Source: Phoronis australis (lineage: Eukaryota > Animalia > Phoronida). From it: a DNA stretch of 64,000 bases. A program made the translations under genes and the position numbers. The stretch lies in contig NMRA01000325.1 of NCBI GenBank assembly GCA_002633005.1, positions 289,290 through 353,289 on the forward strand, written 5' to 3'. Positions 49,401 to 62,375 of the stretch are shown one piece after another. Position 1 is the stretch's first letter, and every line of letters begins with the position of its first letter. Under the pieces are notes generated by a model. The model saw only the letters and a program-made list of their open reading frames with translations. It ran no database searches and was not told the DNA's origin.

Positions 49401-52400
49401 AGACATTGATGAAACAGAGGAGTTGTTACAATTGGCAGGTAATGCACAGATAGCTTTCAGGCAGCATTGGCATGGCCTCATTCAGGTAATGAACATAGCC
49501 TTCAGGCAGCCTTGGCATGGCCTCATTCATGTAATGAACAGAAAGCCTTCATGCAGCCTTGGCGTGGCCTCATTCAGGTAATGAACAGATAGCCTTCAGG
49601 CAGCCTTGGCGTGGCCTCATTTAGGCAATGAACAGATGGTTTTCAGGCAGCCTTGGTGTGGCCTCACTCAGGTAATGAGCAGGAAGCCTTCAGGCAGCCT
49701 TGGTGTGGCCTCATTCAGTTTACATTTCTGCACAAGTTATTGAGGTGAACTGGCAACTTGAATTTGTGGATGAAATTGTGTGTATTGAAGTCACAGTTGT
49801 TTAAAGTCATTGGGACAAGTATGTTTTACAGGGATGAGTGCAGCTTTTTGTTCTGTGTGGATTTTGTATTCGTGAGTAGAAATAGTTCAAGATGAGGTAC
49901 TTTTCCAAATTTGTTAATTGTGTTTGAGATGGACGTCATGGCTGGTGTTGTTGGAGTGGTAACCATCGCAATTGCATTTTGTCTTGTGTTTGAGATGGAC
50001 GTCATGGCTGGTTTTGTTGGAGTTGTAACCATCACAATTGCATTTTGTCTTGTGTTTGAGATGGACGTCATGGCTGGTGTTGTCGGAGTGGTAACCATTG
50101 CAATTGCATTTTGTCTTGTGTTTGAGATGGACGTCATGGCTGGTTTTGTTGGAGTNNNNNNNNNNNNNNNNNNNNNNNNNNNNNNNNNNNNNNNNNNNNN
50201 NNNNNNNNNNNNNNNNNNNNNNNNNNNNNNNNNNNNNNNNNNNNNNNNNNNNNNNNNNNNNNNNNNNNNNNNNNNNNNNNNNNNNNNNNNNNNNNNNNNN
50301 NNNNNNNNNNNNNNNNNNNNNNNNNNNNNNNNNNNNNNNNNNNNNNNNNNNNNNNNNNNNNNNNNNNNNNNNNNNNNNNNNNNNNNNNNNNNNNNNNNNN
50401 NNNNNNNNNNNNNNNNNNNNNNNNNNNNNNNNNNNNNNNAGATTTGAAATATTGTAATTGTATTGAGCATTTGACCTGCTCATTTAAATACCTGGGCTTG
50501 GACTTTCCGATTTCCTCTCTTATTTTTGATTTCCAGTTTCCTCTTTTTCGCCTCATTTTTATCATTAGTTTGACTTTGCTTATGCAAAAACGTTTATTTC
50601 AGTTAAAATTTACAACTCAAAAATTATTTCTATTACAGAAGCCTATTTATTTGTGGAATGATACATCAAATGGAAAATTTTCCTTTTATTTGTCATTGGT
50701 CATTACAAACCCTGAAATACCTCTCATGCTGATCGCAGACATTTAGAGACTATACTGTCATGAAAAAATGCATTGTTACGGTATTTGTATTGAATTGAAT
50801 TGCGTTTCACATGTCATGTCTGACACATAAAATGAGATGTGTTGTGATTGTTCTTTTGCTCTTGCCTAGTTTCTGTGTGTTTTAAGGCGCTTGTTTTTCT
50901 ATATAGTAGCCATCACAGGGCTATACCACAAATATATATACCAAATTTGCCAAACTGATGTAGTCTTCAGTGTCAAATTCTGCATTCTCCGAGCATACCC
51001 GTTTGTTTAAAATTCAGTATGTTGCTCTGCTGTAGAACTGTTCTTTTGTTTACCAAATGTGAAGGTTAGTTTACCATAAAGAGTGGCACTCAACAATCTC
51101 TGAAGCTGAAATAACGGCAGAAATATTCACTGGTCCCTGCCGGTATGTGTGTTGGCATGGCTAGCTCTGAGAAGTCAACTAAATGACTCTGTTTTGGCAA
51201 GATCTGTAACCTATTACCTGATTGTCAATGGTGCACTGAGGGTTGGCAGTAGTCCACTATTTGCTTTGCAGGCCTGAGTGGATTTGATATCAAGCTTGAA
51301 CAGGATCCAGGGACAGGCATTAGCAGTGATGAGGTCGACTCCCAAACAGTGAAAACTGATAGTGTGGATACAAGGTACAGCTAAAATGTTTATTTATTGA
51401 CTAGACATGTACATGACATCTATCATGCTGGCGTGTATCGCCAATGAAGTTGCCAACATAAAAATAGTCTTTTTTTCATATTTTTATTTTGCTCTAGCAT
51501 GAGAATTACAAGTCATATAAAACATTATACCATACATCGTTTAAATAACATTAAATCATTACTCAACAAGTACCGTATTTCCTTCAGGGTGTAATTTAAT
51601 AAAGTTAATGAACAATTAGATATTAAGATTTTTTTAACAAACTTTTGACTAAATATGTAGTTTTTTGCTAGCATGATTAACAAATTAACATTACAATTTT
51701 CCTACTGAATGTTTCCCAAAAAACCAAAAAAACACTGCTATTTTGTCCACATGAAAATTTACATGATATGTTTGTTTTAACCAATCAGCAAACAGGAGCC
51801 AGAAACCAGAAACAAGACGACATTCCCAAAACAGATGGAGAAAAGTTTCACTGTGTTCACCACAAAATGAGCATAAATCATTTGTTTTTATTTTAATATT
51901 ATGTAAATAACTATTAGTTGGCAATATTCTGTGAATTAAGCGGTATTGAAACTAACGCAATTTTGTATCTTTTGTACAATTGAAGGAGAGTTTATTTACT
52001 TTTCTCCACCATGTATCAGAGTCACTAAAATTTAAAAATAGTACATTTTATTCAAGCACAAAATCATACGCAAAGAATTCTTTTTGATTAACTTGAACGC
52101 TAATGAGCATTTTTGTTTTAGATGGTTGATGTCATTTTTTAAATAATGATTGAAATTATTGTACGCAACTGCAAAAGAGCTAGTAAAAGATAAAGTATGT
52201 GATTATTTTGATGGCAGGCAGCAGGATGTCCGGTGTTGCTAGAGATATTTCTCAATTGTATATAAGAAAGAGTCTGAAATAAAGGTGACACACATATAAT
52301 TATGTTACAAAACAGTCAAGCGAGAATTTACACACATTGTGATGCAACATGGTTATTTTTATTTGTCTTAGATTTAGAACTCTCCATTGAATGCCAACTT

Positions 52401-53763
52401 TGTTCTTGGTGTTTAATACTTCTGATCAGCTATTGTATTGGTGTACAGGTATGGTAACATAATTTGGAGTCATTGATTTACAGTCAACCTTCTCTCTTCA
52501 GATTGCTAGAAGCTTATGGAGACCCAGACAGTGTCACTGAAAACAATCCCAGAAGTCCTCACTTCTCCACAAGCGATATGAGTGAAAGTGTAAACGATTC
52601 GACCGGACAGTCCACAGATATCATGTCCCCTCCCCCGCAAGTTGGAAGGCCAAAGAAAAAGTAAGTGTCAGGTGACAGCAGCTGTAAGGGGCGCTCAGTC
52701 TCTTCCATAGTCTGTAAACTAGACTGTTAAACTGTGATTGGCTATTGCCGTACCTCTCGTGTCAGTCAACACTGTTGACACATAATAACACCATCTTGTT
52801 GCCCAGAATATAATGCTCGTCTCTAGATTATGGTCTCGAATCATGAGATTTATGCTCTCGAATATCACCAAGCCTCGTCCGTGTAACAAAAATGTCACGG
52901 AACCAAGTTTCTAAGTTTTACTGCCTACAGAGGTAACTGTTACACCATCTAACATTTAGGCCACGAACCAACCAGAATCGACACTATCCTTGGAATTATT
53001 TGATCCCAAACCAAGAAGTTGAGATTGAGTGAAAGAGGAGTGAGCATCACTGAGATGACTATGGAAAATGTTGACAGAGACAAACTTTCATTTGCAGTTT
53101 ATATCCAATTGATTTTTGCCAACAGTTAAAATGATTGTTGCTGGTAAAAGGTAACTTGTTGCTTGGTGCAAAAAGCTGGATTTATTTCTAAAAAGGCACC
53201 TGCAGATTGAAGTAACTTAACATCAAGCACTTTTGAGTGAATTAGTGGTTGGTTTGGCTAACCTGATTTGACTGAGCATATTATTAAGTGTGTTCTGTCG
53301 TAGTGAGGCTATTGTTAAAATAAAACAAGCAGCAGAGGATGTAAAAACTTTACTTATTCAAACTAAGAGATGAAAGAGAAAGAGTTCTGTTATACATGGT
53401 TCCAGGCAGGCTCTCTTCCAAGCAATGAATTGGGCTTGCTACTGCAAACTCCAAGTCCATGCCAACGTAATACCTCGGAAAATGGACCCCTAAGAGGAAA
53501 TCCCAGCACGCTTGGCAACTACCCTCAAAGAAACTAGGAAAATGACAAAATGTACTCAATAAAAATACTTTTTTCTGACTCCTTTGTGTTTGATATTTTA
53601 CCGGAAATAGTAAAAATAATAATGTGATTTCTTAGAATGGTTTTTAATTTGGGGAGGGAAGCATCATTTAAAATTATATGCAGTTTGTCCTTCATCACTC
53701 AGATGTGCATGAAACACTACTTTTAATAAATGCTATTTGTGCATTTTCAGGAAGAAAAGGTGA
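43407..53763 (+). CDS. SUPT7L: STAGA/SAGA complex subunit SUPT7L (STAF65-gamma), ~393 aa
   Basis: Exons 43407-43555 (MTSHWGTLP...LYQPS), 45620-45740 (TLHTIKLLQ), 46028-46146, 46765-46874 (SVAAMCAHAGFD), 48181-48302 (ESALETLTDV...LLRSAVDSEA), 48922-49103 (VFYEIGIG...FYQSRI), 49335-49438 (IKEEP), 51272-51374, 52502-52660, 53751-53763 (basic tail PKKKKKR*). Phases are consistent; histone-fold-like bromodomain-associated region recognisable. Confidence 0.92.
44110..44460 (+). mobile_element. Degenerate DDE transposase fragment (ISL2EU/PIF-Harbinger type) in a SUPT7L intron
   Basis: [37 protein letters not shown], then a frameshifted RIHLERAIRSVKSF. Confidence 0.8.
49436..49718 (+). repeat. 47-bp tandem repeat, 6 copies, that includes the SUPT7L splice donor
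   Basis: Unit CAGGTAATGAACAGATAGCCTTCAGGCAGCCTTGGCRTGGCCTCATT. Confidence 0.9.
49918..50155. repeat. 66-bp minisatellite with ABAB alternation, running into the assembly gap
   Basis: Unit TTGTGTTTGAGATGGACGTCATGGCTGGT(G/T)TTGTTGGAGT(G/T)GTAACCAT...GCATTTTGTC. Confidence 0.9.
50156..50439. other. Assembly gap
   Basis: A run of N. Confidence 1.
51500..52020 (-). mobile_element. L1/Tx1-type LINE fragment (zf-RVT region)
   Basis: DTKLR*FQYRLIHRILPTNSYLHNIKIKTNDLCSFCGEHSETFLHLFWEC, with in-frame stops. Confidence 0.85.
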
Positions 53764-54404
53764 CGTGTGTCATCTCAAAGAGACAATCACTGCACGAGTG
53801 GATAATTTACAAAATGGGTGGTATCATGCAAAAGTTTCGACCACAGAACTTGTGAGGCTCAGTCAGTTTGAGTCTTTTGTTTTCTGGCAGACAGAATGTC
53901 TGCAAACAAGTAGTCAACATTTATTACAAAGCAAAGGGCTTCTTCAGTTGATCACAGGGGCACGAAAAACTTGCCGAGAAGTTTTGCATCATCATGAAAA
54001 TTTGTTGATTTTAGTGTCAGTTTTCAATTAGGAACTCAAATGACTAGTGTTACAGTGGCAATAGAACATGAAAAGGAGACTAAATTGCATTGTTCTGCCA
54101 GTTAAACAAAAGTCATACTGTTCACCAGGTATTTTTACAGTTTGTTCATAAGGGTTTTGAATTTCTCTTGGTGACAATAAAGCGTTTTTCTTTTAAGTTT
54201 GAAATTTCAAAAAGGATCTTTCATCTGCTCGTCATTTCATTGATTTTTCTCTCACCCATCAAAGCATGTCTCCTTATTTGGTATGGCAAAAAATAGATGT
54301 AGTATGTTCAACTTATATACATAGAAAATGTGACCTTTGATGTTAACAAAACAATGGTGATTTCAAGCAGCAGTTTGACTTATTTGAGCGCATGCGTGCA
54401 TATA

Positions 54405-56029
54405 TCAGGTGTCCCAAGAAGTGAGCCACTTTTTGGCAAGTAATTGCTCAGCAATGGTTTAACAGATGAACCTTAGGATATCATCAACAAATGTGCAAAT
54501 ATGAAAGAGATCTGTGTCCAGTTGTAGGGGGTACTGTCAAATTAAAAACATTAGGTCAAAAAATGAAAATAAGGGAAGCTCGCTTATTTCAATCCACTAA
54601 ACGTAGCTGTTTCTTCCAACCAGAAATGCTTTTCCATGTTTCTTCAATCAAGATTTCCTCCCAAGACATAATTATCCTGTCTTTTAACTCCTGCTCAGTC
54701 AATTTGTCTCTCATTGCCCAGTAAACTTTCTCCTTCAGAGAGTCCCACATGACATAGTCCATTGGATTGTAGTCATGACTGAGCAGAGGCCACTCATCTG
54801 TTTTGATGAAGTTTGATGAAACTAGGTTATCTTGCTGGTGTGTGAAGGAGCTCCACCTTGCTGAAACACTGTTTTCAGGATAAAGTCACCTGCAATCCAG
54901 GAGAAGATTTTTATCCAATAACTGCATGTACCATTGACTGTTAACTTTGGCTCTATCAGTGTCAAAAATGAATATTTGTTCCTTTCCAAGATACTCCAGT
55001 GGAAACGATTTCTAATGTAAAGTCTTTTTCATCAGTGAAAATGATTCTTTTCACATCAGTGGCTTAATGGCGGTCATGAAGTATCGGCATTGAGTTTTTC
55101 TTTTCCTTCTAACATTTTGGTATCTCCGTGATACCCACATTTTTTGAAGGGTTTTAGTTCCGTTTATTTTCGCCATTCTTTGTACAGAAGACTTGCTCAC
55201 TTGTAAATTGTTTGCGACTTCTCTCAGAGATTTGTAATTCCCCCGGAAGTATCCTGGAACTGAATCAGTTCCTCATCATGCGCGCACACAGGGGGGCTCG
55301 GAGGGCTCGAATAAGTCCCCCATTTGGCGAGGTCTGCCTCAGAGAAGCCAAAAAGTCCAGAGAAAATGAGACAAAAGTCCACTAAAAAGGCATAAACGTA
55401 CAATTCACAGTTCCAGACGTGGTACCTTGTTTTTTTTAGTCCTCCCGCTTTTTGGTTAGTAAAAGGTCCACATCGTTGGAAATTAGAGCCCCCACATTAC
55501 TGGCTGGGTGCGCGCATGGTCATCATGATCATCGTTCTCTTTTGACTGCCATTTTTACACACAACAGAACCTGTGTTGCGTATTTTACCAATAAGTCTAT
55601 TTACAGTTGCACGAAACCACCCTTTCCCGGGAAACTTCTTTACAATTCTTCTTTCGCCCCACCCTTTCTCATTGAAACAGGTTTTAATTGTAAATTCAGC
55701 ACTTTCGCTCAAAGGCATCCTTACAACCCGAAATATTGAACAGAACTGATTTGGATCCACGCCTGACAATAAAAAACAATAGACTTGAGACCCAAGCAGT
55801 CAATATTTTGGCTGGCAGATGCCAGCACAGCATGAACACTATAAAAGTCACAGTGATATTGCATTTTTCATCCCACTACACTTCCATAATTTGTTATATT
55901 TCTCTGAGACACTTTGTAGACTTGCTGATGACACCCTGAAGATACGTTGGGAAAATGTGAAAATATTCCGTCGGTCAGTTGCTGAGAAATTACCTGTCAA
56001 AAAGTGGCTTACCTTTTTGGAACACCTGA
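54405..56029 (-). mobile_element. Degenerate Tc1/mariner-superfamily transposon (possibly maT/DD37D-like)
   Basis: ~50-bp inverted termini TCAGGTGTCCCAAGAAGTGAGCCACTTTTTG / CAAAAAGTGGCTTACCTTTTTGGAACACCTGA flanked by TA. Broken transposase: EKGWGERRIVKKFP, IIFTDEKDFTLE, FQQGGAPSHTS, EWPLLSHDYNPMDYVMWDSLKEKVY. Confidence 0.88.
55277..55518. mobile_element. hAT-like MITE nested in the mariner
   Basis: Inverted termini CATGCGCGCAC / GTGCGCGCATG with imperfect 8-bp flanks TTCCTCAT / GTCATCAT. Confidence 0.65.
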
Positions 56030-59000
56030 TATATTATGAAGACGGAAAATTTGAAAATTGTAGTCTCATTCTGTATGCCTCTTTTTGCCGGATGGTCTTC
56101 TCAGCTTTCCTTATTGCAAGATTAGCTAACGCAGTGGCCATCTTGGAGAATTGTTGAAACCGACTCACTTTAGAAAAATGTTGAACTGTAAATAGTTGTT
56201 GCATCCTTTAAACGCTTTCTTTTCCGGATTAGATTCGTCCAATCCAGCGAGACATTTATTATTTTCATATCAGCAGTCATAACACTGTAGGTTGGTTGTG
56301 ACACTGATGGTGTAGGCAGACTAATGCAGCAAGACATCCTTCTCATGCCAGGAAGTCTGCTGCTGCATTACAAGACCTCTTTTTCCTTAGGCGGTACAAG
56401 TCTGAGTTGTAGGCAAAGATTATTATGCTAATGCCATATTTATGTAAATGTGCCTAAAATTCCGAATACTGTGAATTTTAAAATGACAAGCAATGCCGCT
56501 CAAGGTAAATTTGTTTTTTTCATGATTGGTAGTTTCTGTTTAGCTGTTTTTAATGTGTTTTTGTCCCTTCATGTTGTACCGAATTCTAGGTTTATTGGAT
56601 GAAGATGTTTTGTAAGGTTTCTTCACTTTATAACACAAAATGGCGGAGCAGGGAAATTTTCAGTAAAAATAAACTGCGAAAACGTTACTTCGTTATTTTT
56701 GCATTTTAACAATGTAGTGAGATTTTGAAAACTTATAATGAATTTTTTTTGTCTGTTTGGAAGCTTCACTTTAAAGAATAATCGTAAAGATAAACGTGAT
56801 CATGGTTGTATTAAAGACGTATTTGCATGCTCTTAACGACAATTCTATTTTAACAAAATCTACGCTAAACAACGTGCAGTTGTATTCATTGACAACTTTA
56901 GATGTGGAAACAAAAAATTCTGCAAATAGGTGACCTGTGCAATAATGACGTACTTCGCAGGCTCACATGTAGCCTCCATCATGCCAGTGTTATTTCCCTG
57001 CACGTTACGATACTTACTGGATATGGTTCAGTCATTTGCAGCGGAAATTTTTCGCCACAAAACTCTTTCTTAAAAACGATAATTTTTAACCTAATTTATG
57101 GTCACATTGTGGCTATGTGTTGTGTTTCTAACTGATTTGGTCGAGCAACCACTGACTGATCAGCTTGCAAGTTCCACTTTAAAGTTGTTATTTTGTGGAC
57201 TAAAATGTCACGGTCCTTTTGTTTTGTATGTAAAATGATGTCTTATAATAATAACCTAGAAAGTGTTGTTTGTCGCCTGTTAGTGAGAAAAATGGTGTAG
57301 GTTTAGTCTGGACTGTAGTCTGCACGTTATCTTCAACTCGACTGCTACCCACACAGTTGAATGTCACTTGGCATATTCCACACGGAGATGTTTTCTTTCA
57401 CTTCGCAATTAACGCCCTGGAAAGGTTATAAAAGTTCAAACTGCAGAGAATAGGTCGCAAAGTCTGTCTGCACAAACAAGTTGCATTACGTAATCGCTGT
57501 CTGGTGTGGCTGCGGGGAATCCCAAGCGGTCTGCTGAAGTTACATGGCATTATCAAGCATGACGCAGACAGCGTCTACGGAGATTGCTTATTTTGCTAGC
57601 TCTACTCTAAAACACCAGCGCTATGTGTTTCTTCACACAAACTTTCCTTTCCGGTAGTGCGTTGGAAACAAACGACCGGACTACAGGGCAGTTGAATGTT
57701 TATTTAGTAATGTTTTTATTCTCTTAGTGTTATACGCTTTAACTTAAAAATTAATGAGACTAAATGCGGTCCTCGATTTAACCTTCTCTTGGAATATCTG
57801 CCAACCAACAGAGCTTGTTTGTCATCTCGGCGGCTGGCTCAGACAGAGTTTTCACACTTGGGTTTTAATGGTTCAAAATTTGAGTATTTGTCTGGAATTC
57901 TGGACTTGTGTTAAATCTCGAACACGACATCCAATTTGAACTCCGATTGGCGGCTTTCCGATCTCGGTCAAGTGCGACTACATGTCAGTTTGTACAGTAA
58001 TTGTCCCATCATGGGTCAATACTGACTTCATATTCAAATCAAGTAACATAACAGTACACGACGAAAGTATTCAAGACAAAACATCGCTTTCCCGTCTTGA
58101 CCATAATACCCGTCATTCTAGCAACTGGTAAATTCCGCGTGCACTCAGACGCGTTGGGCCGTGACGACGGGAAATTTCTGGTCAGTTTGCCCGATTATTT
58201 TTGGCGTGCACTGTATGCTACATGATGCAATGCCACGTATCGTTTCAGATGGTCAGGGACGATACATTGATCATAAATGCCTGCTAAGTGCCCGCTAACG
58301 TTCACGAAATCTTCAATTGAACAGCTAACAGACAGCAGCATCTTCCAATCGTTCTCTACACGCGCATTTTGTTTTTAATCAAACAGTTTTAAAAAACAAG
58401 TCAATATGAAGGTGGTGTGGAAGTATGTGGGAAAAATACATTAGCGAAACACACCATTGGTAGGTGGTAAATTTTCACTTGACAAGTTTTCCCTTCTGTG
58501 GGTGTCAAAAATGGGGACTTGCACATTAATTTATTTTCACATTAATTTATTTTCGCGGTTAGATTCGCTAGGAACATAGGTCGTTCGGGCGCCCATCTTC
58601 TCGTGTATATGAACGGAACAAAGAGAACTTGTCATTTAATTGACCGTTACTATATATCACAAATTTCAGGTCGATATGCCAATGCCGGTGTATAATTGAT
58701 AATCGGATATTCGAAACCTTAGGCGTGCGTATGAACAAAAAGTTTATGTTCAATTTTAAGTTCGGTACCGTGAGGCCTTTACCTTCATCGCGTTTGCAAC
58801 GAAGTTACGGGCATGGGTGACATCTGAATTCGACGAAACGTAAATTGATGGTTTTTTTACCGTTTCACGTACAAGCTACGATTAAATTGAAATCTTACTA
58901 CCATTACTATACGTCTTTTGCGTATTACATTTCGACGTCACTACATTATATTTGTCGGCGTGTTTGCACATTTGCTGCACGCGCTTTTGAACTGTAATCG

Positions 59001-62000
59001 TTTTTCTGAGCCCTATGGTAACTGCGTAGTCAATCTGTGTGAAGATATATGTTTATACATTTATGTACGAGTTGTGCGGCAATGTTCAAACTTCAGCGTG
59101 TTTTGCGACACTAGCCCTATTTTATTGTGAAAATTCACATTTTTCAGTTCACAAGTGGAGCCCCAGCGTTCCACGAGCCCTGCAAAAAGTATTTTCACTC
59201 CTGCCACTCTTAACCTGTTGAAAACTAAGAAAAACGGTTTGCTTAGTCGTCTCTCGTGTTTGTCGATAGATGCAATTTACTTAGTTACTCGGGAAGGTGA
59301 AAACTGGAACACACACCCTGTGGAGTCGACACGGCAAAAACCCACCCATTCAGAGAGATGGCGCGATTAAAAGCGAGGACCCATTTTTTGTACGGAACTT
59401 CCATGTAAGTCGTCCTTTCGTAGAAGGTTTGCTGCGAGATAAATATTCGAAAAATCATAGCTTTGAGGGTGGTTGTTTGCCTGTTGAACATATTTACCGA
59501 AAGGGTTATAAGTTTGCTTATTGTCCGCAAGATAACAAAACATGCTGGAAATTAATATTTGAAGGAATTCAAACCTCACTTACAGTTAAGACCCCAAACC
59601 TCACTCCTTGTCATATCTGTGACACTACAACTAACTTGTTAAAATTCTTACAATTCGATTTCAGTATTGTCAGTTGAAAGACTATGAAGGTTTTTGTCCA
59701 AACAGTTACGTTTTATGTTTCTATGGAAACATGCGTCTGACGGTAAAGTTTGACCAAAACTTTTGTTGTTGCAGGCATGTGGTGCTCTCTGATACGCTTC
59801 ATCAAGAGCGGTCTTCTGATACCTGCCGATAGTTGCCATCCTGAGAGGTGACTCAAAACTTATTTAGACGCAGATTTAGAACCGGATACATGTACTCAGG
59901 CAACGCAAAAAGTTGGCGTGTACAGAACCCGAGAAATTACTCCTGACTCCATAATACACTTATACATTCACTGGTGGTATGCCTTGAAACTTTTCTGTTC
60001 AAACACTCAAAATTGACTTCGTGAAAAACTAGCTACACCTAGCAAAGATATACAGTATCTTTGCACCTAATGCTCAAGTTTAGACTACGTGGCATATTTC
60101 TCATAATATTTGGAAAAAGTGACCTATGACCTTCGGTGTAAACAAAACAATGGTGATAGCTTTTAGTATGTCTTGGAGGCGCAAGTCCTATCTAAAATTT
60201 GTTGTAAAGGTCGCGTAGTATTCCAATATCAAATGGCAAATTCTCTCTGAAATTTTTACTGGGTAATTTTTTGAGCACATGCACGAACGTTTATTATTAG
60301 TTAGGGGCGGAGAATTTGAAAACTGGGTTGACTGAGGAGCAGTTTATATTTTGTCTCTTTCTAAACTAGTGAATCTGACGATTTTCTAGAAATTCTTGCA
60401 ATATTCAAAGTGAATAACCCATGTTAGCATCCCCAAGAAACATATTTGCCACGATCTGTTTAAATGTCATTGTTACGAATTTCGCGTTCCAGGCCACTTT
60501 AAAATTGGTGTTGGGAATGCACTGTAAGTCTTCCATAGTTGCAAAAAGCAAACCTTTTTATTGCTCAAATTTTATCACAACCAGTTCCCAATATCCGGTG
60601 CACTTATCTCTACTGACAACTACAGATACACTAATAATAGTCCGCATCACACCATGTACTACACAATGCACTTAGTTATCTGATTAATTATCACTCAACA
60701 GTGCATATTACGTTTATCTCGGTTTCATTACCTATCCAGACACCACAAACTCACAAACACGAGGTGGCTTGCCGCTGATCTCGAACTTGCACTATGAACC
60801 TCCAGGGGAGTGGGCCTGACGAAAAGACGTGCCAAAAGTCAACGAACAGCATAAAAAGTTTCGCAATCCTTGGTAGTTAACCCGTCCGTATTCAAAGGTT
60901 CAATTTTGTGCCGGCGGCTGATGCAAACTTTCGAGGTGGAATCCTATCACAACAAATTCGATGGGCTAGCAAGAAATCAACTGTTGCGGGAAACACCGCT
61001 CCCCTCCTGCCACATGACACATCCAGGAAGTGTTTAGACTGGTTTTGTCGGGGGAGGAACTAATTAATGTTACAGAACCACTGTAGTTGAATTCTTTAAC
61101 TAGTGTTTGATGGGTATGAATAATAGAATAACGAACTCGCCAAAATGTTCCCTAGATCAACAAAATTGACGTTCAAGATATTTATTTACAGTTATAAAAA
61201 TCAACAAAAACATTTTATACAAAACATGAAATTCATAACAAAATAACAACACGCCTACAATAAACTATCAATGCTGCCTTAAATGTTTAAACATAGACAC
61301 ACCTCACTGTTCAGTATAGAAACACTTAACCTTTAAAGTGTTTACACGCTGCTGATGCTGAAATAATCAAGACTACCAACCCATCAAAACATAATTTACC
61401 TACTTTAAATAGGAATTACATAACGCTGATGAGAGCAAAAGAGACAACCTACGTGAAATTAGCCAAATGGAAATTTCCGACGAAAATAATGTACACGTGA
61501 GCAAAAACAACCAACAAAATTACTACCATTTCATTACCTAGCGTTTTCAACGAGTTTACTTGTTTATGAACCAGCGTGAAGCATTCAGAAAGAGTGGTAC
61601 TGAGGTACCGTGGTACCAATACACGACAATTAGATGTGAATGATAACAGTCGCGAAACAATTGACAAGACCATACCTGAAACTCACAGGTAAATCACTTA
61701 TACACCTCTATACAAGCTAAACAATGCTATGAAGGGAATTCCCCTCAGAACTGAGAACAACAAATGATCACAAACGATTTGCGAAAAGCTGAAAGGCAGG
61801 TTTACAATCCGCCGTTTATTGTAATGAATAGAATGAGATTAGGTGTACAAAAATAACTTGTGGAACTAAAATCCCATCTGTACTTCAATTTTGCAACATT
61901 TAGTAAAGTAAGCCTACTTTACTTCATATTTGTCAAAGGAATGTCGAACATTAAATAAAAACACCAATGTAGCCCACTCCAGATTACACGAAGCAGGCAC

Positions 62001-62375
62001 ATGTACTAAAATGATTTAGTAGACGAGTGGGTAAATTGCACAAAAATTAATTGGAACAATCAACCTAAAAATTTCAGAAACTAAAATTATAGATGGCAGC
62101 ACACGGCAACGTTAAACTTTCTGCCACAATAACTGTTTACTGGACCACATGCAAGGACTTTCTGTCACGCCCAATTAAACTCTGATTGCAGTGCATCACC
62201 CGGTCTAAATAAACTAAATACAAAACTCATCTCGAGCAGCCAAATTTGCAGAGGTGCCAAGCTTAGTTTAGATCACACTGCACAGGGCATAGTTTTGACA
62301 CCGGTTGCGAGTTTTATAGCAACTACTAGACTTGACAAAACAAAGTCTCACAGTATCTGGGACGATGCATTTCGC

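Noticed and set aside
49826-50565. Long ORFs on both strands (mucin-like or hydrophobic repeats)
   Set aside because: They are produced by a 66-bp stop-poor minisatellite plus the N gap inside a SUPT7L intron, with no splice context.
52703-53066. Possible MITE (TTCCATAGTC / GACTATGGAA)
   Set aside because: Only a 10-bp inverted match and no clear target-site duplication.
59297-59677. 126-aa ORF in intergenic DNA
   Set aside because: Non-ATG start, no recognisable domain and no exon structure.
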